From NCBI GenBank assembly GCA_013265495.1, contig MU058213.1, forward strand, positions 2,232,001 through 2,296,000: a DNA stretch of 64,000 nucleotides. The letters run 5' to 3'. The DNA comes from Vicugna vicugna. Lineage: Eukaryota. The notes under the pieces were generated by a model that searched no databases, was not told the origin of the DNA, and saw only the letters and a program-made list of their open reading frames with translations. Positions within the stretch are counted from its first letter, which is position 1. Every line of letters starts with the position of its first letter. The translations under genes and the position numbers were made by a program. Below are positions 25,610-36,860 of the stretch, one piece after another.

Positions 25610-28340
25610 TAGTACTGACATAATGATTGGTTGAAAATACTGGGAACTAAGAAGGCTCTGCTGTAGCTTGGGGTAAGGCTGCCATCCCAGTTATTCTATC
25701 CCAACCCCTTTCACCAAGAGACAGAATTGTAATTAGGAAAATTCACTGGTTTGGGTTCAGGAAGTTGTTGAGAGCGGAGAGAAAGGTCTATGTATTCCTA
25801 ACAGGCATAGGTCCTGGGAATCTTGGTAGGGATGGATGAAGAGAAGAGTCTGTGGTTTTTGGTTTTCCTGCCTCCTGGAAGAGAGAGGATGTCTTCCTAG
25901 TCCCAGATATTTCTTTCACGCTGACTGAAATTTCACCAGTTAGAGAGTTAATAAGAAAACCTTCCTGAGTAGGTTAAAGAGGATGTGGGAAGATGATTAG
26001 TCATAAACTTAAGGTGAATTAGCTTAATTAGCTTTCATTCCAACCTGCCTGAGATGCCTAAAGAAAATGAGAGTTTTGATTTAGGGGAAGGGTAATTCCA
26101 GAGCAAGACGTATGTGAGGTTGGATAGGCAGTGGTGGGCGAGGGGGCGTCCTTAGGCAAGGAAGAGGCTTTAGTGAGCTTTCACAGGGCACGAAGAGGGA
26201 GGAGAGAGGTACAGAGGATACAAGCCAAGGCAAATACTGTTTCTCACTTGTATTTTAGATTCCTCATAGCAGGTAGAGGTAATCCATGGAGGATAGCTGT
26301 CAATTTTATGTTTGTTTTTGCTTTTGTTTTTTCAAACCTTTCTACTTCACACTCATTCATTTTCATTTTCCTGGATTCAGGAGATGGGATTGTATGGGAG
26401 CAAACTAGTATTTTTTCTGACAGCAGCAAACAGAAAAAAACGTTAAAGGGGATTCTCTCATGAACAAATTCTAGGTACCTAGGAAATGCTGCAAGAATAA
26501 CTTGACCTTTCAAAAATGACCGCTCTTTTGTGTTCAGTGCGTGGAAGAAATGCTGTGCTCTCCCATTAAGTTCCGCAGACATGTTTTGTGTGTGTGCGGA
26601 AAAGTGATCATGGGATTTACCATGGATAATGGGATGAGATGGAGAGGTCAGACACCCAAAGGCTGCCCGGGAAGGGCTGCCCCTGAGGAGGAGGGGAAGG
26701 GCAGTGTGCAAATTACCGAACTACCACCGGGAAATACGGAGTTCTTCGGGGAACAAAGGACAGTAGGAGTTGCATGGAGAGAACAATCAATCACTGTTTG
26801 TTGCCACCCGTGGACTTCTGAGCTCTGACCCACTGACAGGTGCAGGCGTTCCTGGATAGAGAAGACTCAGTGCTTCTCTTTCATCTTATCATCTTCCTGC
26901 TTCAGTTTTCTTTCCTTCCTTCAGATTCTTAAGGTACCTGGCCTTTTGTGTCCAACTTTTGGTAAAATTGTTCTCACCACGGAAGCTTAGCCTCCAGAAG
27001 TAAGGGACAGAGTTATTTAGAAACACTGCCTCAGGGTCCTAGGGCTGGTCCCTGGTGACGTAGAAGTCCATGGCTTCCGGATCTTGCCGTGATTTCACTT
27101 CTGTTATTTCTGCCTCTGTGAGGACCTACAGGCTCTACATAAATGTGGCCAATTTGTAGCTAAAAATGTTATAAAGAAAAGATCACTTCCTTGAAGCTTG
27201 AGAAAATAGGAGAGGAGAGCATGGAGAGGTGCCCCCTCACTTTAGCAGTGACAGTAGGGGGCTGGAGGGTCAAGGCGGCAAATTCCCACTGTGCTCCCCT
27301 GAGTTAGGAGAATAAATTCGTATTGAATCTGCACTGCTTCATTCCATGTGCAGGTGGGAGCAGTGAAACAAATTCAGTGTGGCTGATTTCCCAAGAGATG
27401 ATGCTAACATAAACCAGACGCTCATTCAGAAGAATTAGATGGAAATCTTCCCAATACATATTTACTCACATCTATCGCTTTCCTCCCCCGTTTCCTGTGG
27501 TGCTCGCTCCTCTGCACTCAATCTGTCAGCAGGAACCATCACCTAAAAATCTTGTTAAGAGCTGTTAAATAGGGACAACTAGAAGTGCTACTTAATTTAC
27601 CTCCGGAAAACGGGCTTTAGTGGGAGAGTTCCCATCTCTTTGATTGCCATTGCCAAGAGCTTAGCGGTTTTAACCTGCTGCTATTAACCTCCACCAGGTG
27701 AGAAACCTTCATTGAAGAAAGACTTGTATTTCGTTCTCAAAATTGGAGAGGGGTGAGAGCACTGGAGAGGTAGAATAGAGAGATAAACAGATTCATTCCA
27801 CAGGGATTGCTAGCTGACTAGTAATAGTTTTACTATAGAAAACTCCCTGGGTTGAAGATTCATTCACTCCAATTTCATGGTGACCTTGGAATTCTGAACT
27901 AGCGTCTGGGCCTCCAAATTAGATATGCAAACCCCGGTGACTTTCTCCAAGCTCTGGACTGCAGTATGCCTGGCTATTGGTCTGGCTGTACAGGCACTCA
28001 CCTTCTAACCTGGATAAGAGAGATAAACGCCATGTACAGTCAGGAAAGCCCTCAAGGGCTCTCCCCACTGTTGGTGGCCTGCCTTTCCAAGGGAGCCAGC
28101 TCCAAGATAGATTCTTCAGCTCTGCCTTGACCTCTGTTCTTTCTGCCTTTGATTTGCCAACAGTCTTGGCTCTGCCAGGTCCCCAACTCCACTCTTCTGT
28201 CTGCCTGCCATGATCTCTGCTGCCAACCCTCACTGTTCACTATTTCCTCGCTGCTCACTTTTACATCTGAGACTGTTCTTCCTTAGTGATGAGCCATGGT
28301 GAGATGACTCAGAATAACGAGTTGGAGTGAACCCCTTCCT

Positions 28341-28701
28341 TGATGTCAGTGTGATGCTGGTAAGCTGGTGTATCAAACAACAACAAAATCTCATGGCTTA
28401 ACACAACATGATTCATTCCTTGTTGACTGGAAAGCTCAGTGCAGATTGCAGTCTTCTAAGTAGGGACGCCGGCCCCTGGACACTTGCTTTAGGGTGGTTT
28501 CATGATCTTGGAGTCCTTTACCTCCAGTTAGTGGGAGAAAGTCCAGGACATCGCAGGAGCTTTTAGAGGCCAGGCCAGTCCATTGCCCAGAGGTAGTCTT
28601 AGGCCTCAATCTTACTGCAAGCGACACTGGAGAATGTACTCTTCCTCCTTGCCTGGAGAAAGGAAATGCTGTTGGTGATCATTTACCTGCTCTTTACCAC
28701 A
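28341..28701 (-). mobile_element. MaLR solo LTR (MLT1K/L-like)
   Basis: caaacaacaacaaaatctcatggcttaacacaaca..ccattgcccaga..actgcaagcgacactggagaatgta..ccaca. Confidence 0.75.
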
Positions 28702-30754
28702 CCTGTCACTGAATGACTTACTAATTTCTAATAAAGGAAGTAATATAAGTGATTATAATACTGGCTTATGGGGAAAAGCAAGTGCAGTTTGAATTTAATT
28801 ATTTTCTCCTGTGTGATTAATTAAACATACCCACAAATTTTACTGTCTGCTTCCATGAACACCCATGTAAAATTCTGGAGACCTGAATTACCTTATCATT
28901 TATTACGGTTTTAATAGTATTTGAGAAGGTCTTAGACAAACAGAAAAAAAGGTCAGAGAATCCTTAACCCGGTCAGCAAAGTCAGGCCCAGAGCAGCTTC
29001 GACGAATCATTTATTTCACTTTGATGGTTAGTGTCAAAAAAAGATATCATGGACCATCTTATTTAATAAGTAAGTAATTGTAGATTTATTAAAGTTAGAT
29101 CTAAGGCTTTTCCTGTATGTATCAGGGTGGTCAACAGCCTAATAAAAAACAGGTACTGGATAAAGTTTAGTTTCTTTTCCCTTTCTCTGATGACTGATTT
29201 CTCCAGTGAATATGGGGTAGTCTTTTAAAATCCTTTCCTAGTAGAGTTGGGGCTTATGTTTGTTTAGAACAAGCCCATCTTGTCCCCCCTGTTTTCAAAC
29301 AGTTTTTTCTGGGTTTAAATTCAGTGTCTGCACACTTATGTTAAATAGACAGAGAGAGAGGCGCTGTGAGCCAAGGACTTCCCTGGGCCTCTGGCCCTCA
29401 GCCCCACCCCAAGGCGGCTATAGGAACCCCCACGGCACCCGTATGAGGAAACTGAGGACCCAGAAGTGAGATTTGTGATGCTGAGAGGAGGCCGCACTCT
29501 CTACCTTCAGACAACCATTTCCAGGAAGTTAGTGACCAAATGAACAGACCATTTCCTTCCTCTGAGAAGTAGAAACCAGAAATAGGGTCAGTGGGGATGT
29601 TTCAGCACTCAGAATTGAGGAAAGGGATAAAAGTAGTCCCAGGCACTTTAGGGTCAGGATGTCCGCCACGTTTTGTCCAGCACAGTGTACCCAAAGGCAG
29701 AGCTTCTGTCGCAGAAAGACCTACCTGATCACTGGGATCTAGGCATTACTGTTGAAGGGGAATACAGAAATTTGCATTTGGTTGTTTTAAATCTAGGCAG
29801 ACTAGATTTCGCTGTGCTAATTCGACGTGTTCTCGTCACTCCATCTCATGCTTGCTTGCCTTGACAGTCTTTTAGCTTATAGCCCTGAGCCCTGGCCGAT
29901 GCTAATATTTCTCAAGGTAAAGGACTTTCTAAGATTGTTAAGGACAGTAATTCTTCCCCCTACTCCTGTTTAGTTCAGTCTTACGACAGACTACTTTCTT
30001 AATTGTGGTTGAGTATTCCTGAAAGTGATGTTTCAAGTAATTACTTTCACCTCAAGGAAAACTGGATTGTCTACATAACATTACTGACTATTTAGATCAA
30101 TGCCATATTTAAAATTGCCTTTTAATTATTTACTTTCTCTTCAGAGAGAACAAGTGTTATCTATTAGGTTGTCTTTTAGGACATTGCATGCCACACCTAA
30201 TTTTGGATTCTCTGTTCTCAGTTAATTAATGTCCTATAATATGTTGTAAAATTGTTAAATATTTGACTTTCTTCAATTGATTTTTAAAAATACCCTTTCT
30301 CCCAGAGAAGGAGAAATCATTGTTTCAGCCAGTAAGTCATGCTGTGACAGGTAAAGGCTGTCCTGAGGATGACTCATTTGAACACTCTTTTGGGAAATGG
30401 CTCTAAATGTTGGCACTGAGTAGACAAAACAAAAGGGACATTGAAGTTTCATGCTTTTGACAGGTGTTTCTTTATGAGTATCTATTGTATGAAGTAGAGA
30501 GTAACTCCGTACTGAATTAAGTGTCTATATCTCCCTGGAGTTAGTAGGGGCATTTAGACTTATGTGTCACTACCTTTCTGATTTGGGATAAATTACAAGT
30601 CCTTGGGTCTCAGCTTTCCCCTGAGTAGAATGAAGAGAGTGCCCCCTGTGCCAAACAGGTAGAGTGCGGTGAATCATCTGAGACCCATACATGTGTGAAA
30701 TTACATTTGTAAAAGTGCCTGCAGTCTGGTTCCTTTCTCAAATTAAGGAATTGG

Positions 30755-30846
30755 AGTGTGTTGCCCGTTGAAATGCAGGGTGTCCAGTTAAATGTAAATT
30801 TCAGATAAACAACAAATAATGTGTACTTGTTAAACCTGGTAACTCT
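30755..30846. mobile_element. MER53-like hAT MITE, internally deleted
   Basis: gttgccc..gggtgtccagttaaatgtaaatttcagataaacaacaaataat..ctggtaactct. Confidence 0.7.
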
Positions 30847-31010
30847 CAATGGGGGTTATTGAGAAGCCACAGAGGGTAGTTTCTATCACCTTCCAAAGGA
30901 AAGAGTAATTTCCAGTCCCTTCCTGACACCTGCATGGGGGACTGACTTTCTAGAGGGCCCTTCTGGAATCCCTGTAGTTCGTCTTAAGGAAAGCCTTAAT
31001 AAACCATTCT

Positions 31011-31164
31011 TTTTAAAAATTTATTTCACTTTCTTAAAGGCAGACTTTTATCTCATTTTTTAAATTTATTACTATTATTATTATTTTAATGGAGGTGCTT
31101 GGGGTTGAACCCAGGACCTCATGTGTGCTAAGCAGGCGCTTTGCCACGGAGCTGCACCCTCCCT
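31011..31164 (-). mobile_element. Vic-1-type tRNA-derived SINE with extended 3' tail
   Basis: Body 31089-31164 (rc ..gtgcagctccgtggcaaagcgcctgcttagcacacatgaggtcctgggttcaaccccaagcacctccatt); TSD ccttaataaaccattct (30994-31010) vs ccttggtaaaccattct (31165-31181). Confidence 0.88.
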
Positions 31165-31358
31165 CCTTGGTAAACCATTCTGAATGTAACTGCAATGCCA
31201 TCTGAATAATTCAGTAGCCTCAACTGTTTGAGAGATTTTGAGAAATGGCTCAGAGATATTTAGAAATTGCAGTGCAATTAAGAATCATCTAGTTTGCTCC
31301 ACTAAGAGACAAAGACTGGAGCTCAAAGTTGTGAAGTGATTCCTTGCCATCATACCGT

Positions 31359-31953
31359 TGTTGCCGAGAGATCGGCTCACCGTCCCTGGCGAGCCAAATT
31401 GAAGCTCAGATACAGCGTCTTGAACTTAGAAGACTAGAGGCAGCTTTATCACTTTGCCAGGCAAAGGGGACTCACAGCAGGCTAGTGCCTTCAAAATTGT
31501 GAACTCACCTTGGGGATAGGGTGGGGTGATCATAGAGCCTGGCTCAAACAGTAAACAATCAACAGAGTCATTTTCTGATAACAAAGACTTAAGGTGGTGT
31601 CATGATGCCTCTAGGCTACCAGTTCTATAGAGGCTAGGGGAAAAAAAAAAGCCGTCACTTTTTTGATCTCTCTATCTTGTAAGCACCCAAGGCGTGGTCT
31701 TGATATTTAGCCTATTTTGTAAGGTTACAGTTCTGTGACCTTCTCCTTGGAGAACAACTCAGAAACCAAGTATGATTATTGCTTTCGATTACTGAAATAA
31801 AGCAGAGACAGTAAAATTAATAGCTTCATTTTAACAACAGGCCTGGAGCTGTGAGTAGCAACTGGTCAATCAGGTCAGTTGACCATTTTAAGGGCAAGCA
31901 TAAGAATAAGCAATCTGTTAGCCTAAATGTGGCTGTTTATTAATCCTTCTTCA
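31359..31953 (-). mobile_element. ERV1-type solo LTR (artiodactyl/camelid lineage) inserted in a MIR fragment
   Basis: TG..CA termini, 595 bp, CpG-retaining left end, ctttatcactttgccaggcaaagggg motif recalled from artiodactyl ERV1 LTRs; MIR text on both flanks. Confidence 0.75.
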
Positions 31954-32027
31954 CTGGTAGCTTAAGGAAAACCAGTTAGAACTCCATTCCCCTAAATCCC
32001 TGTTCTTTCCCCTCCATCATGCTGTAC

Positions 32028-32235
32028 CTGGGGGCTAAATCCCAGCAACTACCTGCTTTTGTAAATAAAGTTTTATTTGGAACTCAGCCGTGACCATGGC
32101 CATTTGTTTACATATGGCCTGTGGCTGCCTTCTATCCGCAGGGGCGGAGCTGAGTCTTTGCAGCAGAGACTGTGTGGCCTGCACGGCCTGACGTTTATTA
32201 TCTGGCCCTTTGCAAAAACAGCCTGTTGATTGCTG
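32028..32235 (+). mobile_element. MER58A hAT-Charlie MITE
   Basis: ttttgtaaataaagttttatttggaactcagcc..catttgtttacatat..tatctggccctttgcaaaaa. Confidence 0.88.
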
Positions 32236-32769
32236 CCCAAGGAGAAAGGGTTGTCTTCACCTCACAGTTGTAAGGATGCAAGGGGATCTGATCTGCTTTT
32301 CTAATTATCACAGGCAGACCACACTCAGTGTATAATTTCCTTTTCAAAAATGACAAAACAGGAGCTGCACATAACCATGAACGAATATGTGAATTACTGT
32401 AAATGTAATAGTCCTTGAACTGCAGCAAGGTGCACTAGAATTATCAGAAAGGCATTTTTTTCTTTGCATTTTTGATCCCATAATGAGGGCAAACTACATG
32501 ATTAGCGAAAATAATGCTTATGGAGAGATCATTGTGCACAGGACATTATGCCTGGTTAGGCATTCTAAAATAAGGCACAGTGCCTGGGTTTTACCATCAA
32601 GATGACAACATGGGAAAGAAGGCACTAAACTCATTCTCTATTGTCTGTCACATCTTAAATAATTTTAGGAACACTATGGGATCTGCAAAATACATGCATA
32701 CACATGTGGATGCTTACAATTAGCCTGTATATCTGCAGAAACCAGGCTAAGGGAGCACAGGAAGCAGCT

Positions 32770-32954
32770 ATAGGGAAGCCAATCTTGTCTCAGTTTTATT
32801 TCTCAATATAAGAAAGGTTATCACAGGAAAGAGGAAGTTCTCCATCAGGTTAGAAGTACTTAAGCAGATCCAGGATGACCATCAAGAAAGGATGGAGATG
32901 AGAGCTAGATGAGGTGGCTATAAGAGTCCCTTTCTACGCAGAGATTCTATGATT
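32770..32954 (+). mobile_element. L3/CR1 LINE 3' end
   Basis: ctcaatataagaaag..agttctccatc..aagcaga..ggatgacc..gagattctatgatt. Confidence 0.6.
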
Positions 32955-33534
32955 AACAGCCTCTGACATTTTAGAAGTCCTGTTTACAATCTCCTTTTTA
33001 TCACACTCTGGCAAACTTCTGCTCGTGCAGCCCACATGGATAGACATCAAGTGTGTCTATGAATACGGAATCACTGTATGTTTTCCTAATGAAACTATTT
33101 ATTTTATAAACGTATTACATTCTGCATATAATAATCCTGAGCATCTCATCCTTGACTAAATTCTCTGATGCTTATATTGAAAATCACACAGGGCTTTATG
33201 CTTTGCCAAGTTTGCCTCCAAGTTTTTTGAAGCTACGAATATCTTCTTGCCACAAACCTTGCGTTCAGAGAGGTGTTTTGATTGTTTGAAAGAAAAGAAT
33301 GATTTTTTTCAAGGCAATGCAGAAGATCACAGATGATTTGAAATCACACAAGATGCACCATAAAGGCAGATCGTGTTTTGAGCTCTCATGAGGTGTGCCT
33401 CGCCCCTAGGGATTCTGTAGCAGTCGGGCTTGGTTTTCTGTAGATGAAGAGGAGTCGAATGAGTAGTAGGTGGAACAGTCTTCAGGCTCCTGTAAGAAAC
33501 TTCCCCTTCCCTTGGCTGCATAAGCAAGAAAGAA

Positions 33535-33745
33535 AATCAGTAGTTACTGGCATCTGTGTTATGCCACAGACTTTATGCGTTATTTCACTTAATCCACAGA
33601 ATGAGTTAACTCTTGTTAACCTTCCAATTTACAAGTGAAGAAATTGATTCTCAGGGAAATTATGTGATAAAATCAAGGTCATAGCTTGAAGCAAAGGAGC
33701 TGGCATTCTAGCTTCGGGCTGCTGGATTCTAAAGCCCCTATTAGA
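33535..33745 (-). mobile_element. MIR SINE
   Basis: atttcacttaatccaca..tttacaagtgaagaaattgattctcag..caaggtcatagc. Confidence 0.75.
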
Positions 33746-34169
33746 TGATTTTTACCTCTCCCACCGGCAATGAGGAGTCCAAGTAAGTCAGACTTGGGGC
33801 TATTCTGATTTAGCCGTAGCTATTTATAGCCTGTTTGAACATCAGTCCAAATGTTTTTTCATTAAGCCCTTGCTGTGTTCAAGGCACAGTGCCAATTGTT
33901 ATGGAAATTCAGAGATGCACTGCCACCCTCAAGGACCCTCAAGGATCTTATAATCTAGTTAAGGATAAAAGACATGATAATATGAAAAGATAACTGAAAA
34001 TGGAAGACAACACAGGCCAAGAGCTGACTAAGTGGAATATGTATGGGGCTTAGAGAAGGTCCCATCACTTCCAGCCGCAGGTGGAACCCCCAGGGAAGGG
34101 AATTTGTATCTGAATGCAGTGCAAGCAGCTATTACAGCCAATGCTGGGTCGGGGGTGCAGCCTGGATAT

Positions 34170-34448
34170 CACATTTAGCCTGCGGACTTGGACTTGTTTT
34201 GTTGGCCTGCACAGTGTTTTGTTTTGTTTTGTTTTGAATTTAGGTCAATTCACATAGAAATCTAGGTTTTGGTTTTTCTCAGAAGAAATTTTCAGAAGAT
34301 ATAGGTCATACGTGTTCACATGGCAGAAGTCAGATCCTATGTTTTCCAGTTTTCTGTGACCTCTGCCTTCGCAGGTGCTACAGATACTCTGTTTTTCTCA
34401 TTTCCATGTCCTGCCTGGCCTGATGGGTATTTGAGTTTATAACCCTTG
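34170..34448. mobile_element. MER102-like hAT-Charlie element
   Basis: gttttgttggcctgcacagtgtttt..atagaaatctaggtttt..ctgcctggcc..gtatttgagttt. Confidence 0.7.
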
Positions 34449-34630
34449 ATCAAGACGAGGAAAATGAGACCCAGAGAGGGTGAAACAATTTCTCAGGTAC
34501 CAAACTAATTAGTAACAGGATGAATTGGACCCCCAAACTCCTAACTTATTAATCTTCTTTTCTTTTTACTGTACCACACAATCATTCATGAGAATCAATT
34601 CATTCTTTATTAGAGAATATGGATTTAAAA

Positions 34631-34969
34631 CAGGTACACAATCATTTACCTAACGCCCGTGGAAACAGATATGTTTGGAAAGTCAGAATTTTTTAAACCT
34701 CAGAAAGGTAATGCTATTAGCCTGTCAACTATTATGGAACAATCCAGCAGGGTCTGGGGCAGCATCCTAAATTAAATAAATTAATATTTCTACCATGAAA
34801 TGTATGAACATTAATCCTAAGTGAAAGAAATATAAAACCATGCATAACCACATGTCAGTTCAGTCAGGTTTTGCTATCAAGTCAGGCCAGGTCAGGTCTT
34901 GCAATAAATTTGTTCTGGTTCCAAATTTCTGGGATTTCAGAATGGCAGATAAAGGCTTATGGATAGCTG
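34631..34969 (-). mobile_element. MER46C-like TcMar-Tigger MITE
   Basis: caggtacacaatcattta..cagcagggtctggggcagca..gtcagttcagtcaggttttgc..ggatttcagaatggcagataaagg. Confidence 0.75.
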
Positions 34970-35263
34970 TAGCTCTCTCAGTATTGTTGTGTTTCTTGTC
35001 TCCGTTTTCTTATAAAATGAGGCTAATAATAATTCCAACTTCAACAGAGATACAATAGATGTAAAGAACAGTGGCTGGGGCACAGTAGGATCTATGTAAG
35101 TAAAGATTATTGTTGTTATTTTCTATTATTGGTAATTTTGTCTAAAATATTTATTTTTTAAATCAGATTCTTGGCTTGTTTTTCTGCAGCTGTCTCCTCG
35201 GTGTCCACTTTCAAACCTTCAGAGGTACTCTATACAATCAGTTCTGAATGGCTTCCCCTGACC

Positions 35264-35588
35264 CGGAGGACAAGAAACAATGACCTATGGGCCAGATGTG
35301 GCCTGCCTCTTTGTAGGGCCCATGCCCCAAGAATGCCTTTCACATTTTAAAATGGCTAAAACAAAAGTCAAAGGAAGAACACTATTTTGTAACATGTGAA
35401 AATTATGTAAAATTCAAATTTCGGTGTCCATAGATGAAGTTTAACAGAAACACAGCTTTACTGCATTATTTCCACGTTCTGTAGTAGTTGCAGTGGTAGA
35501 GTTGGTAGCTGTAGCAGAGGCCACATGTCCTAGGAAGCCTACAGTATTTATAATACTGCCCATGACGGAAAAAGTTTGCCAACCCCTG
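35264..35588 (+). mobile_element. MER58B hAT-Charlie MITE
   Basis: catgtgaaaattatgtaaaattcaaatttcggtgtcca..aaaaagtttgccaacccctg; 8-bp TSD ccctgacc (35256-35263) vs ctctgacc (35589-35596). Confidence 0.92.
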
Positions 35589-36649
35589 CTCTGACCTGTC
35601 CCTGGTCACAGGCCCCCTGCTGCTCTCAGTTTCTCTGGCTTGTGACTTCCATGCTTTGCCTTGAAAAGCAAATCTGTTTCACTCTAACTGGTTTCCGAAG
35701 ATGACCTTGGATTTGCTTCTGTTGAGGTTTAGGGTATCCTCCTTCTTTGATGCAGAATTCAGCCCTCTTTTTTCTTCACTTATCGCTTCTGCCCTGGACC
35801 TGGTATCCCCCGGCTCTCCCGGCTGTAGGAGTGGAAGCCAGGAGCCCGCTCTGTGGCTCTCCTATGAGAGATCGGTGTGGGGAGAGGGTGGGGAGCAGGC
35901 GCATTTGTTCTGGCACAATGCAGTCTGCAGTTTCAGTTGTTATTTCAAGCACGTCTGAGCTGCCAAAACCCCAGCCCAAAATAAGCCCGCTAGATTCTTT
36001 TTTTAAAAATCCATACTTTCCACACTTTAACGTATGTCGCCCCCTGGTTTATCTGTAGATAAAATTGGTGATAGACACCAATCTAGGGCAGCCTGAGTTC
36101 TCCATCAGTGTCTAGAAAAAGCCTTGATAACTGCTGAAGCTGTGCTTTACACCCACTTTTTACTTAAATGGAACCAATAGGGCATGAGAAGGGGAAAATT
36201 GTGCACGTCACCCAGACGGTTTGGGAGTTTGCCAAGTCACTCTTACAGGGGTCTTGATTTGCACAGACAACACAAGGCCCTTTTATCCCCTCTTTCTTTT
36301 AAGCCACTACATTTTCTTTTTCATACTGCAGTGATTTTATTGGAAAGTTCAGCCTGGGGTAGGCAGAGGTAAATCAAGAAGCAGGTTTGAATTATCTAGG
36401 AACTCTTAACAAGAGAGCTTTGTTCTCATTTCTCTTGGGTGATGTGCACTTTTGAGTCTTTCAGGTTGATCTGTATAAAAGAACATCTAAACCATTTGTA
36501 GGTGTAATTATATAACAAAATAATGAATTTACTAACCAACTCTTAAGAGCTTGTCAGCAGTTTAAACTGCAGTAGATTCCCAGCCTCTTCCTTTTCGTAG
36601 TTCTTTAAGAATCCATCACCTTGAAGGTGATCTTACTGGTGATGCAGAT

Positions 36650-36860
36650 GTTTAGTATGATCAGTATTGTGTAGCTGGGAGTCAGGCAGACCTGTGCTGT
36701 CTCATTTGCTAGTGAACTGAACCTCAATTTCCTTATCAATAAATGTCTTAATATTACTTAGCAAGTAATGAAAGGATTAAGGAAGAGAGTATACGCACAG
36801 TGTTTCACCTGCAGCTCAGACATATATGAGCTTTTCATGTGATAGTTGTTAGTACTATGA
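36650..36860 (+). mobile_element. MIR SINE, decayed
   Basis: ggagtcaggcagacctg..ctgaacctcaatttccttatcaataaatg..aaggattaa. Confidence 0.7.

Noticed and set aside
26244..26711. Longest ORF in the track (155 aa, minus strand)
   Set aside because: No recognisable domain and no supporting gene structure; consistent with a chance ORF.
29188..29225. CTGATGA followed by a short stem, resembling a hammerhead core
   Set aside because: Followed by TGAAT rather than GAAA, and stems I and III are not evident.
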